A stretch of 64,000 nucleotides of DNA, taken from contig NC_057719.1 in assembly GCF_004010195.1 (NCBI RefSeq), positions 16,915,177-16,979,176 on the forward strand. Reading direction: 5' to 3'. Source of the DNA: Chiloscyllium plagiosum. Its lineage: Eukaryota. The translations under genes were made by a program, and so were the position numbers. The first letter of the stretch is position 1, and every line of letters starts with the position of its first letter. Of this stretch, positions 1 through 12,429 are shown piece by piece. Below the pieces are notes generated by a model. It did not search any database, was not told the DNA's origin, and was given only the letters and a program-made list of their open reading frames with translations.

Positions 1-135
1 GGAGCTGAACTCATCCAGGCAAATGGGGAGTATTCCATCACACTCCTGACCTGTGCCTTGTAAGTGTCGGACAGACTTTGGGGAATCAAAAAGTCACTCA
101 CCTCCTAGCGTCAAAATTGCTCTTTGTTGCCACAA
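1..135 (-). mobile_element. Fragment of a CR1/L2-group LINE (family 'B', RT C-terminal region)
   Basis: Similar to 31725-31860 (gagtattccatcacactc..ccttgtaagtg..ggacagactttggga), part of the LINE-B copy whose minus strand reads QDKAAH(L/W)IG. Confidence 0.6.
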
Positions 136-699
136 ACTGGCACTTACTGTATGAAACAGTGAGCAAAGTGCCATGGCATTACAGCACCTGTGAGCATGTA
201 TCGCAGCATTAATCAGCACCTTCAGATAAAGAGGGAAGAACGTGGGGCAAACGTTCTGTGAAAACGTAGAAGTGAGTGTTGAGTTTGTACACAAGTGTGA
301 AACACAGGCATCCAGTACCTAAGGAAAATAAACACAAAGAGTAGAATAGTTGTTCACAGATTGTGCCAATACAATGCAGTAATTAGACTCTCTAAACTCA
401 GTCGTCAACAGGAAATGAGCAGTAGGGCTCTGCACATTTAAAATCCAATGCTGCACATTGAGTTTCTATGGAAACGTAACACACTCTTTTACAGAGTGTT
501 TAATTTCTTACAGACGGCAGAGAGAGTCTGCTCATTTATGTTAGCGCTTCTTAATGGTCAAAATGATTGACCTTTGAGAAGGTATGCTAAGAATCTGTGT
601 TAATGTGACCATTATTCCTTTAATAAATTATAAACTAATTATGGTAGTGACAAATACAATTGATCTCATAGAAAAGCTGAAGTATATGTGATTAATGAA

Positions 700-1012
700 G
701 CAATGGCTGTACACAACATTGGTGAGGCCACTTTTAGAATACCGTCTCCAATTCTGGTCACCCTTCTATAGGAAAAATGTTGTTAAACTTGAGAGGGTGC
801 AGAAAAGATTTACACAGATGTTGCCAGGACTGGAGGTGTTTTGTTATAGGGAGAGGCTGAATAGGCTGGGGCTACTTTCCCTGGAGTGTTGGAGGCTGTG
901 GTGACTTTATAGAGGTTTATAAAATCATGAGGGGCATGGATAGGGTGAAAAGCCAAGGTCTTTATCCCCAGGGTAGGGGAATCTAAAACTAAAAGGCATA
1001 GGTTAAGGTGAG
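700..1012 (+). mobile_element. CR1-type LINE (HER1-like) ORF2 3' fragment
   Basis: ORF 695-904 reads LYTTLVRPLLEY..QFWSP..KLERVQKRFT.MLPG, typical CR1 post-RT C-terminus; broken at about 1012 by a second CR1. Confidence 0.85.
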
Positions 1013-1857
1013 AGAGTGGTGGTAGATGGTAAATATTCAGCCTGGGGCCCAGTTACAAGTGGAGTTCCGCAGGGATCAGTTCTGGGTCCTCTGCTGTTTG
1101 TAATTTTTATTAATGACTTGGAAGAGGGAGTCGAAGGGTGGGTCAGTAAATTTGCAGATGATACGAAGATTGGTGGAGTCGTGGATAGTGAGGAGGGCTA
1201 TTGTCGGCTGCAAAGAGACTTCGATATGATGCAGAGCTGGGCTGAGGAATGGCAGATGGAGTTCAACCCTGTCAAGTGTGAGGTTGTCCATTTTGGAAGG
1301 ACAAATAAGAATGTGGAATACAGGGTTAACGGTAGGGTTCTTAGTAAGGTGGAGGAGCAGAGGGATCATGGGGTCTATGTTCATAGATCTTTGAAAGTTG
1401 CCACTCAGGTGGATAGAGCTTGTAAGAGGACCTATGGTGTATTAGCGTTCATTAGCAGTGGGATTGAATTCAAGAGTCATGAAGTGATGTTGCAGCTATA
1501 AAGGACCTTGGTTAGGCCACATTTTGAGTACTGTGTGCAGTTCTGGTTGCCTCACTTTAGGGAAGATGTGGAAGCTTTGGAGAGAGTGCAGAGAAGATTT
1601 ACCAGGATGTTGCCTGGAATGGAGAATAGGTCGTACGAGGATAGGTTGAGAGTGCTAGGCCTTTTCTCTTTGGAACGGCGAAGGATGAGGGGTGACTTGA
1701 TAGAGGTTTATAAGATGATCAGAGGAATAGATGATCAGAGTAGACACTCAAACTTTTTTTCCCGGGTACAACAGAGTGCTTAAGCTAGGACAGATGTTCG
1801 GCACAACATCGTGGGCCAAAGGGCCTGTTCTGTGCTGTATTGTTCTATGTTCTATGT
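1013..1857 (+). mobile_element. CR1-type LINE, 5'-truncated, RT domain to 3' tail
   Basis: SGVPQGSVLGPLLF..FADDTK RT motifs (ORF 1016-1501), C-terminal ORF 1508-1783, tail ending gttctatgttctatg; internal deletion near 1780. Confidence 0.9.
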
Positions 1858-1859
1858 AC

Positions 1860-2300
1860 TGAGATAGAGTAAAAAGGGTTGTTTTGCATGCTATACAGGC
1901 AGATTGTACCATACAAAGTGCATCAGGGTAACTGAACAGAGTGCAGAATACAGTCGTACAGCTGCAGAGACGGTGCAGAGAGAGATCAGAATTAACATTT
2001 GAGAGGTCCGTTCAAAAGTCTGATAACATCAAGAAGAAGCTGTTCTTGAATCTGTTCAAACTTTTATATCCTCTGCCTAATAGAACAGGCTGAAAGAGAG
2101 TATAACCAGAGTGGAAGGGCTCTTTGATGATAATTGTTTACCTGAGGCAGTGGAAAGTATAGATGGAGTCAATGGATGGAAAGCTGGTTTGGTGATGGAC
2201 GACGTGTGTTGTTTCTTGCGGTCTTGGGAAGACCAGTTGCCATACCATGCCGTGATACATCCAGAAAGGATGCTTTCTGCAGTGCATCTATAAAAACATT
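1860..2300 (-). mobile_element. LINE 3' end, probably Rex1/Babar-like
   Basis: Minus strand contains ttcaagaacagcttcttc (FKNSFF); homologous to the + copy at 23340-23562. Clade assignment is from recall. Confidence 0.55.
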
Positions 2301-3435
2301 GGTAAAAATCCTTGTTCTTGCATTGGAAGGAATTCTGAGAAGGTCAACTCACTTGATTTCTGGTGGTGTTACAAGTAGTTGGGATGAGGAGTTGGCTTCC
2401 CTCTTGGTTGGTTGCAAGAATTTATTTCTGTCATAGAGAGCACACTTAAAACATGGGTCAATGAAAAATGAAGGAGCCAATTACCAAGTTTTCTTGAACG
2501 AAAGAAAGAGAAGTGTTAACCTTACTTAGTCTGAGGAAAAAAAAACACAGCACAGTTAGGGAGATTAAAAGGGACAATGTGTTGTGCAGACTTGGAGAAT
2601 AAAGGTTAAGCAGCAACAAAATCTGTCATTAACTTTGAGTTCTAAATGAACAGTTATATTCCAGATTTGATTTTTCCCTGGATGCTATATTTTAAGATAA
2701 TGAATAAAACAGACTGCAAGAGAGAGTTCCAGCTCTTATTGTCACAGATTCATTTTCCTCCCTCAGTTCTGCACTCAAAAGCAGCTGTTGAAATGTTGTT
2801 CACTGTGTATTCCAGAGTCTAGTTGTATTACCTTTTCAAGCTTAGTAACCAGTAGATGACCTTTCATTTTCCAAATGTGAACTTGTCATGCAAGCATGAA
2901 TTAAAACAGGACATGCAAGTATCTGACAGTTTCTGGCTATAATGTTGTTAGATGAAGATGTTCATTTCAATGGAGACGGCTTTATTTACTCCACATGGAA
3001 TCATGTAGCTTCCCTCAGTCTGTGGTCATCTGATCATTGAAGCCATTTTGGTGCATGCATCTTCCTTTCTGAAAAAAACATTTTAGACCATGAAACGTCT
3101 CTGGACTAGCAGTAGGGTAATGGAAGTTCAAATTTAATAGTCCATAATTACTACTGATATAACATTCTTCTTATGAGGAGAGCTTGAGCCTGTTCTCATT
3201 GGCATTTCGGAGAATGAGAGACAGTCTTATTGACATTTGTAAGGTTCTTAAAGGGACTTAGTAGAATGGATGTTGAGAGAATATTTTCCCTTGTGGGAAT
3301 CTAGAACTTGGGGGACATAGTTTCAGATGGATTCTCCCATTTGTGATAAATGAGGAATTTCTCACTGAGGAATGTTTATCTTTTGAATTTCCTTTCCACA
3401 GATGAGGTGGTCTAAACGAATTAGTTATCTACCAG

Positions 3436-3438
<3 letters not shown>

Positions 3439-3485
<47 letters not shown>

Positions 3486-3515
3486 NNNNGTGTGTGTGTG
3501 AGTGTGTGTGTGTGT
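3439..3515. repeat. (GT)n microsatellite with a 4-nt gap
   Basis: Directly visible. Confidence 0.95.
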
Positions 3516-5341
3516 ATGTACGTACACACACGTACGTACATAGGATGTCCCCACGGGGGCGGATGTATCAGCCGAGCATTTCTTGCATGCTGGATAGGAT
3601 TGAGGGGTCAAGCACCATACTCCTATTATTGTGGTCATATAGTTAGGTAATTCTTCTCAACAACTGCCAGTTAATTTATTGTCTAATAGCATTATGATTT
3701 TCTGTTGTTTAGAGTTTGTGCATGTTTTGGTTGATTAAAGTACAGTATGCATCGCCAAAGAAAGGAGAACTTGTTAAATATGCATTCCCTGCTCCATGAG
3801 TCTGCAATAGCAGTGCTGGACATATGCAGTATGTGGCTCACTTTTCTCTGGCTGTAAAGTGTACCTTGAGGTCAACATCTACAGCATCCCTATTACACCA
3901 ATGTGCATTTACCTATTTCTCTCCTGAATGTTATCACCTGTTTGGATGAAATTAGCTGTTACACTCCAGAAACATGGGGTGTTATCAAATTCTTCCTCTT
4001 CGACGCTAACTCTATTACCTCTGCAGTCGATACAAAAGCCATTTGGGGTGACTGTAGTTTAGTTTTCATGTTCAGTGAGGATCAGAGACGGGGGTGGGGG
4101 ATGGGGGGGGGGGGGGAGGTGGTCAAGTAACCCCAGACTTGGTTTTACAAGCACTGCATGCCTTTTCCAGATGTTTTATGACTGTGAACAGAAATTTATT
4201 GCATCTAAGATACCATTACTTTATTCAGCAAAGCATAGGATTGTCTTCAGAGAAACTGCTTAAATTAGACTGAATAAATGTTTCACTGCAAAGTTTAGGG
4301 GCAAATGAATCTAGCTCATATGTGTATTAATTTTTTCTCAACTCACTTAAACTTGTATGCATGCAATCGTGGCTGACAGAAGAATCAGGTTTGTTTTGCT
4401 TTTTTGTCAGTCATTTAGGAGTCATTGTTGGTTGTATTTCAAAAGCATCTTGTTATTAACACTCCCATTCTGTGAAGAAAGCAGAATGTAAGCTTTCTTA
4501 CACACTAAAGCACAGCAAAGCTAGCATCTAATTAGCAGTTTTTTTGTGATTTCTAGTTTGGCCAAAACGGCTTTATCTGTGCTGGTATTTCTTGTATAAT
4601 TGATTTGCGGTGCAGCTATTTAAACCTCCTGTTCCAACCCTCCCCCCCCCCAACCCCCCTCCCTACAACTGTACTCCTGATGCCAGCCAATATACTATTG
4701 AGAGAAATGATGAATTACCCCAACTTCTGATGCTAATGCATCAAGGAAGAAATTGCACGCTACATAGAGTGCCACTGACAGTAGCACTGCATCAGAGCGC
4801 AGTGCGAGGAAAGGCTCCCAGTCCATAAAAAAAAAAAATCCGTCTCCCAGGCCCCTGCCAGTGTCAACAAGTGAACATTTTGGAAAAGAGGTGACATTCG
4901 GTAGGCTGATGAAGGACTTGTTGGCAGCAGATTGCGTTACTGTCACAGGCCCTAAGTTTTATTTTGTATTGCTGGTGGGTTCTGCTTGCAGGAGTTGATG
5001 GAGCAGATTTATGACAGCTGCTGGGCACAACAAATTAAGTTGACAGTGATGTATGGGAGCATTATGGCATGATGATCCTGCCGTAGCTCGGCTGGACTCC
5101 TCTTGCTTCATTTGGCTCTTGTTAGTATCTGTTAGGCTGCTAAGTAATAACATTCTGCTGACTGACTTGTGTGTTTTTTTTTTTCCCTTTTTTCCCTTCC
5201 CATTCTCTTGTTTTATGCCTCTTTTCCCTCCTCTGTCTCACTGTCTCTTTTTCTGAATCCCTCTCTTTCTCTCCTCCTTCCCCCTCTCCCCACGTCCCCC
5301 CACATTGCAACATTTCCCTATTTCAACATTTTGTGTTCCAG

Positions 5342-5400
5342 ACCCATCCGAATGCTAGTAAACTGCCCTTGAAGGAATCCTTCACCTTTGATGACTACAG
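5342..5400 (+). CDS. SETD3: SETD3 internal coding exon (59 nt; THPNASKLPLKESFTFDDYR)
   Basis: Matches recalled human THPHANKLPLKDSFTYEDYR; polypyrimidine-rich upstream, ttccag acceptor, AG|gttcgt donor; phase 0 to 2. Confidence 0.93.
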
Positions 5401-6809
5401 GTTCGTATGTAATGAAAATGTTGAAAGAAGAATTTGAAAAAGGAAATTTCTATTTTCTTTGCCTAGCAATTTGAAATACTGTTGTCAAATGTGATCTGCA
5501 GCTTATGCATTAAGTTGGTCCTTCATTTTAATAATGGGAACCCCAACATATTTGCAGTCCATCTCCTTTAAGATATAAAATGTACTGACTTAAATGCTCT
5601 GAGATTGAGGAAGTGAACTGTTGCAGTTTTCAAAAAAAAATCCCAAAGTACTTTATCCAAGTACAGCTTCTTATTCAATGTAGTGAGAAATATTTCTAAG
5701 ATTTGACAGTTTAGTGAAGACACATCTGTGCAAGGAGACATATTCATTTGGTCTTATTTGTCACTAAAGTTTCATCTCTCAAACTCCAGCTTCCACTGCT
5801 CCACTCAGTGGTTTTGTAACTAACAGAAAAAGTGTTCAAAATGAGTAAATAGGTGCACGCTTTTATTTATTATCCATATAAATTTTCTGTTACAATTCTC
5901 ACAGTAGGACATTAATCTTTAATTCCTCGACATTCCAAGACAGTCCTGAAGTTTATGCAACAATAGTTCCTCTCCGGAATATTGATTGAGTTCAAACTTT
6001 TAATGCACTTTGTTGTGGTTGAATGTTTCATGAATACCTGATGGCTAAACATCTAAAATAAAAACTGAGTTTATCATAGACGATGTATGCACTGATGATG
6101 AGGGAGCTTTTCTTTATTGAACACCGATCAAACAAGATGAGAACAATTGTACCCATGGGATTTCCAAGACTGAGAAAGGTTTCAACTAATGCCATATTGA
6201 ACTTTGACTTCTCATCTGAGTACAACTATTTCTTTTTGAGTTTATCCTTCACGTCTCTCTTAGCACGTGTCTGATATGTTTGTAGTGCAGACATCTTCCA
6301 AAGTTGGTACTCCAGGTGGCTTTCTTTGCACGTAAGACAACTATGAGCAGGAGTCAAACAGCAAAATACTATCTGCTGTATGTGCTGCTAAACCAAGTCT
6401 GCACCTCACCATTCTCTTTAAGTATAGGGATCTACAGCAGCTGCTTGGTTTAGTGTAGTAAAGGAAAACTGTTTCCTGGTTCAACTCAAACAGACTTTCA
6501 ACTAGTAGTTAATTGTAAGTTAGCAAACTTTAATATGATGGACATTGTTATGTAGATTATGAAGAGGACTTCAATACTCAGACATCTGTGAGATTCTAAG
6601 CTACCCTCCAGACCATATGAAATCATATTTGTGGGTGTAATTTTTGCAATCCTCAGTATCAACCCTTTTAGACCATACACATCTCCTCCCAGCACCCCTC
6701 CCTTAGTATTTTCCTCATTTAGTTTTATACATTTGTGTGTAGAATTATATTTGCCATTATCCCATCTTTCTCCAGCAACACTATTTCTGCCAATTAAGTA
6801 TGTTAATGG

Positions 6810-6965
6810 ATTTCACCACCACATACAAGATCTTCAATGTCTTTGAAGATCTTAGGCCACCACATTTCTGATCAAGGTCTGGTTCTGCACTTGGTGATCC
6901 CCAGGTGTCCCTGGTACAATTTCTCCAGGACATCTTCCCAAAATGAAGCTGGAATAACAAGTCAT
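6810..6965 (-). mobile_element. Decayed Ty3/Gypsy LTR-retrotransposon integrase zinc-binding (H2C2) fragment
   Basis: Hand translation of the minus strand: *LVIPASFWEDVLEKLYQGHLGITKCRTRP*SEMWWPKIFKDIEDLV, fitting the Gypsy pattern LVIP...LH.GH.G..K...AR...WWP....DIE; has stops. Confidence 0.7.
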
Positions 6966-7370
6966 TCAAAATCGTAAAATGCTGATCAACTCTGCCAAGG
7001 TTGATCTTCTCCGGATTCGTTGCTTCTGGAATTCTGCTTCACTCTCTCAATCTGAATGGCTTTCTCTGGAATCAGGTCCTCTTTTGATTGTACTAAATCT
7101 GACAAAGATGTATCAGCAGTGTCAACAATAATAGGATTATTTATTTCCCTTACTGAAAATGATGTTATTTTGCAGTGAAAGCAGTACTGCTGGAGCTTTT
7201 TCCATCATTTTGTGGCCAAGTAGAGGATGCTTTCCCTTCAAGCTATGCCGTCTCTTTGTAGCTTCAAGCCCACTGTTCCTGCCCTTAATAAATTATTCCT
7301 GTTTCTCTAACAACCTTACTGAATGAATCTCGCTGACTACAGCTTTTAATCAAAAACATTCTCATTTTAA

Positions 7371-7610
7371 ATAAAAACCAAAAGAACTACAGATGCTGAA
7401 ACAAAAACAGAAATTACTAGAAAAGCTCAGCAAATCTGGCAGCACCTATTGAGAGAAGTCAAGAATTAACATTTCGGGATCCAGTGACTCTTCCTCAAAA
7501 CCTTCCTCAGAGTTTTGAAGAAGACTCACTGCACCCAAAATGTTAATTCTTGATTTCTCTCCACATATGCTGCCAGATCTGCTAAGCTTTTCCAGCAATT
7601 TCTCTTTTTG
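7371..7610. mobile_element. Old Penelope-derived inverted-repeat insertion
   Basis: Diverged inverted arms (about 7400-7500 and 7510-7610); flanked by attctcattttaa (7358-7370) and attcccattttaa (7611-7623). Confidence 0.7.
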
Positions 7611-8499
7611 ATTCCCATTTTAAGCATTGGGTTTTACTAAATGAACTGGGCAGAAAACAACTTCAGCGGCAGATGAATCCAGCTTCTTAAACTTTCTGTG
7701 GCTCTAATAATGATTTCTGTCTTTCACACTTTCTCTGGATTATTCCAGCTCCCACAGTTTAATTAAATGTTTTGTACCGTTAATGTGGCTTCAGTGAAGG
7801 ACCTCCTGTTTTTTCATGTCTTACTAAAAGCTCCTAACATTTTTCTTCTCTTAGACCAGTGGTACTTAGGCTTCTAATCTGCCCCTTTGTGACTTTCTAA
7901 TTCTGGCTTTGCAGTGTCCCTAGTTCTGCGACCTTGGGTAAATTCCTTTTTTATAGTCCTTGATTACCCTTGCTGTAGTCATGCCTCATGGTGCCTGTTC
8001 CTATTGCAGCAATGCTCAATTTGAGCTGTCAGTACTGTACATACTTTTCATTTTCATAGCCTGTAATACTGCATAGTTTTATTTAAAAATTCTTCACTCC
8101 CCAAAGATTTTAACTTTTATTCACAGAGTATTTGACATCCATTTGTTCTCCAACTGAACTTGGGATTTCTTACATAGACCATCGCCGGGTGATGTAGTCT
8201 GTACCTGCCATGGGGTCAGTCATTCTCCTTCTCCCCTCCAGGGTGTGCTTCACCTTACTGCTGCAGCATCTCTCTTATCTGGTCTGTAATGCTTTTACCA
8301 TTGTCTGTAGATTCTTCCATGTTGAATCTTGCCATGTGTTATTTTTCTGTAAGGTCTGCACCTCACCATATGGTAGTTTGGCAACAACTGTTGTTGCAAA
8401 GTGGAGGAAGAATGGATTTCAGTTCAGTTCTGTGAAGGTCTGACTTTTATTTAAGGCCAGAATGTCATGTTGAACAGTGAGTTCCAAACAGCATCAGCA

Positions 8500-9000
8500 C
8501 ATGGAAAATAGGAGCAGGAGTAGGCCATTTGGCCGTTCATGCCTGCTGTGCCATTCATATGCTCATTACTGATCATCCAACTTAGTAGCCTATTACCGCT
8601 TTGATCTCTTTGAACTGCAACTCATTCCTTCTTGAAAACAGTCAATTCTTTGACCCTAACTGCTTTCTGTGACATAAAATTCCACAGGCTCACTACTCCC
8701 TGGGTGTATCAGTCCTAGAAATCCTACCCCATATCTTTAGACTGTGACCCCTGGTCCTGGCCTGCCCCGGTCATACGGAACATCCTTCCTGTCCAGTCCT
8801 GCTGGAATTTGTTTTTTAGGTTTCTATGAGAACCCTGCTCATTCTTCTAAACTTCCAGTGAGTATATTCCTAACTGATTCAGTCTCTCTTCATGTGTCAA
8901 CCCTGCCATCACAAGAATCAGGCTGTTAAACCTTCATTGCACTTTCTCAATGGCCAGAACAGCCTTCCTCAGATAAGAAGACCAAAACTGCACACAATAT
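8500..9000 (-). mobile_element. Old CR1 3' fragment
   Basis: ataggagcaggagtaggccatt.. 3' UTR signature and agaccaaaactgcacacaata (reverse complement of YCVQFWS). Confidence 0.75.
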
Positions 9001-10138
9001 GTACATCATGCAAGTCATGTGATTTTAACTAAATTAGCAGAAAGCTACCTGGGGAGATAAATGCAAGGGTGTTAGCTGACTTAGTTTCACAGCCAGTAGA
9101 GAAAAACAGTGAGAGGGGACCAAAAATAGGTTTTTACATGGCAAGAGTAGGCCTTATTGCCTTATTCCACATACACCTGCCCCACCCACAAGTCTGCTGT
9201 ACCATTCTGTGAGATTGTGGCTGATCATGTACCTTACTTTGCTGCACCAACAACTCTATGTCATTTGATTCCTTGAGTTTTTCCTTAATCCTTTGATGAG
9301 TTGTGGATATTACTAGCTCGGCCAGTATATATTGCTTGTCCCCAGCTGCTCTGGACAGCATGGTCCGGGTCTCCCAGCAAGGTTTCCAAAATCTGTCTAT
9401 TTCTGTCTTAAGTATATTCAACAGCTGAGTATGTACAGCCCTCTGGCATTTCAGAATTCCAAGGATTCACAGCCCTTTGAGTCCAGGAACTCTCCTCTCA
9501 TCTTAAGGTACTTCCAATCATTGATTTATAGGAAAAATTAGTGAGTACTACTTAAATGCTTTAAGTTCCACCCCAATCACAGAAGGAAGTTCCATATTAG
9601 AGATGTGCAGCTAATCGGAGAGTGAGCCACTCTATAGTTCCAGCAGTATCAGCCAGGAGGCATGGCTATTGCTGGGACGACAAATATTTCCCCATGCTGA
9701 GGAGCCCTGGGGGGTACGTCTCGGTTAAAGATCCTCAGCAAAGAGTGGAAAAGAGTTATATGTGAAGGACCTTCAGTGAGCCCAGGATACCCACAAATTC
9801 CCTCCATACTCCCAAGCCCCTTGCCCGCACAGTTAAATATTCGAGACCTTTCTTCATGGCATAGGTTTCCATAGCATAGCTGTGTAAAATTCTTGTCTGA
9901 GGCCCTGTGTGGCCTCCAATTAGACTACAATATCTGATACTTCTCCCTATGTGATTTCAGGTAATATGGCAGGGTGGAAATATGAGCAAGATAATAATGG
10001 ATGTTACACTCACCCCTCCTTCCCGATCTTTCGAATTTGCTGGCAAGGGGGTATAAAGTTCATGCCCATATCCTTATACTTAAGAATATGTACTTGCTTT
10101 CCAATTCCATAACTACGCCATTTTTGGTTTCATTGCAG

Positions 10139-10253
10139 ATGGGCTGTCTCTTCTGTCATGACACGCCAGAACCAAATTCCAACTGAAGACGGTTCCCGGG
10201 TCACTTTGGCTCTTATACCTCTGTGGGATATGTGTAACCACACCAATGGCTTG
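10139..10253 (+). CDS. SETD3: SETD3 coding exon, SET domain (115 nt; WAVSSVMTRQNQIPTEDGSRVTLALIPLWDMCNHTNGL)
   Basis: Essentially identical to recalled vertebrate SETD3, with the NH SAM-binding motif; ttgcag acceptor, gtgagt donor; phase 2 to 0. Confidence 0.97.
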
Positions 10254-10819
10254 GTGAGTGAAAGCCTACAGGTTTTTTTTGGCAGGTTCTAAAGTTCACT
10301 CTCAATTGAGCAACTGCCGTTATATTTCTGTAGCTTCCAGGAAGTAACCCAATGACAAAGCAGCTCAGGCATTGACTTTTCAAAATAACAGTAAGTGGTG
10401 GCCTGCCTGTTAGATCCTCAGTTATCAAATGTCCATTGCCACAAACTTTCCCACAGCCACATCCAGCGATGCGAATGTTTAGCTATCTCACCTGTGAAGT
10501 TTTTTTTATGAATATTGTCTTTTCTTGGATTCAGTATGGTCCACTGAAGAACAAAAGGATAACATCTTAAAATTAGAACAAAGATATTCATTAGGGATAA
10601 AGATGTCAAGAGTTATAGGTGTAAGGCAGACAAATGGAATTGAGATTCAGATCAACCATGCTAGACTAGGCTCAAGTGACTGAATGGCATACTCTTGTAT
10701 CAGCTGATACCTCAAAATTGGCCAACTGGTTCTGATCTGTCAGGTAAGAAAGGTCAGTGCAGATAAACTATCACTGAATTACTTCTGACCTGCCAGTCAT
10801 CTTTTCAGTCATAGGCTAC

Positions 10820-11566
10820 TACACAACTTTGGAGCAGGTACAACTTGAATCCCGGCCTCCTTGTTCAGAAGTAAGAACACTACCACTGAATAACAACAAC
10901 CTTCCAGAAGGCCTGCGTTCATGTTCCACCTGCTCCAAAGGTGTGTCATAATGTCTCTGAACAAGTTAATTAAAAAATATCTATCAGGGAATAGCTTCAG
11001 GCGCCCTTGTTGTGGAGTGGTAGTGTCTCTAGCTTTGAGCTAGTAGACTTGGTTTCAAATCTCTCCTGCTTCAGTGGTCTGTAGTAATGATCAGAAAATA
11101 TCTGTCAATGAAGAGCTACAAAGTGTTTTATGGCGCATAAGCACTGACCCTACCTCTGAGCCAGGAGGACTGGGTTCAAGTGTCACCTGCTCCAAAGGTG
11201 CATTGTCACATGATTAGGTTAGATTCCCTACAGTGTGGAAACAGGCCCTTCGGCCCAACAAATCCACACTGACCCTCCGAAGAGTAACCCACCCAGACCC
11301 ATTTCCCTCTGACTAATGCATCTAACACTATGGGCAATTTAGCGTGGCCAATTCACCTGACCTGCACATCTTTGGACTGTGGGAGGAAACCAGAATACCC
11401 AGAGGAAACCCATGCAGACACAGGGAGAATGTGCACACTCCACACAGACAGTCGCCCGCGGCTGGAATCGAACCTGGGACCCTGGTGCTGTGAGGCAACA
11501 GTGCTAACCACTGAGCCACCGTGCCGCCCTAAACATCTCTGAACCTGTTGCTTAGGAAAATATCTA
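10820..11566. repeat. Cluster of about 120-140 bp tRNA-like SINE units (1 inverted + 3 direct; last one split by an HE1 SINE)
   Basis: Recurring gtggtagtgt..ctctgagccaggagg.ctgggttcaag...cacctgctcc...ctgaaca..aaaatatct. Confidence 0.7.
11213..11530 (-). mobile_element. HE1-like V-SINE, full length
   Basis: Minus strand: ggcggcacggtggctcagtggttagcactg (A box), ggttcgattcc (B box), V-domain gggtttcctc..ggtttcctcccacagtccaaagatgtgcagg, CR1-like tail. Confidence 0.9.
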
Positions 11567-11980
11567 GGCAGATTTTGGATTAATCAGTAGAGAAATTATC
11601 ACTGGTAAGCATGTGCAAACCCCCCCCCCCAAAAAAAGAAACAATTGACTCGGGATACCTTTAAAATCCAAGTTATCTGACCATTTACATAATAGTGAAA
11701 AATAGTTTCCTGACGCTCTTTTTCTGTATAGAGAAAAGAGACTCATTGTGATTGGATGATAAATGGTTAATGAAAACACGAGAGTGCAAAAATTGCATGG
11801 AAATTTTGTTTTTAGAATGTGTAAACTGTGATTTTGTGTCACCTTTACCAAAAGGCAAAGGGAGAAGAAATTCCATCTTTGCTTTAAGCTGCTGCTTTAC
11901 ACAAACTGCTTTTCTTCAGACCCAAGGCCATGTAGCATCCGGATTGCATGCCTGTCTCACCTTAATTTTTTTTAATATAG

Positions 11981-12055
11981 ATTACAACTGGTTACAATCT
12001 GGAGGATGATCGGTGTGAATGTGTCGCTTTGCAGGATTATAAAGCTGAAGATCAG
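11981..12055 (+). CDS. SETD3: SETD3 coding exon (75 nt; ITTGYNLEDDRCECVALQDYKAEDQ)
   Basis: Matches recalled human ITTGYNLEDDRCECVALQDFRAGEQ; atatag acceptor, CAG|gtgatc donor; phase 0 to 0. Confidence 0.96.
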
Positions 12056-12121
12056 GTGATCAAAGTTTTATTTTCATGCTTCAAGAAGGTTTTGTAAGCA
12101 TCAACAGTTTCATTATTGTAG

Positions 12122-12412
12122 TTTAGATTACTTAGTGTGGAAACAGGCCCTTTGGCTCAACAAGTCCACACTGACCCTCCGAGGAGCACCCAGACCCATT
12201 CCCCTACATTTACCCCCCTCACCCAACACTATATGGGCAATTTAGCATGGCCAATTCACCTAACCTGCACATCTTTGGACTGTGGGAGGAAACCGGAGCA
12301 CCCACGCAGACACTGGGAGAATGTGCAAACTCCACACAGTCAGTTGCCTGAGGTGGGAATTGAACCTGGGTCTCTGGCGCTGTGAGGTAGCCACTGTGCC
12401 ACCGTGCTGCCC
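12122..12412 (-). mobile_element. HE1-like V-SINE
   Basis: Homologous to 11213-11530. Confidence 0.88.
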
Positions 12413-12429
12413 GTTAGTAGTACTTGCTT

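Noticed and set aside
1016..1783. Reverse-transcriptase ORFs as an active gene or novel RT system
   Set aside because: 5'-truncated CR1 fragment with a stop and a deletion; the same holds for 49258-50138.
4090..4122. G-run with G-quadruplex potential
   Set aside because: Simple homopolymer-like tract of uncertain length; no supporting context.
5069..5165. Second C/D-box-like pair (ATGATGA ... CTGA)
   Set aside because: No terminal stem or recognisable guide; such motifs arise often by chance.
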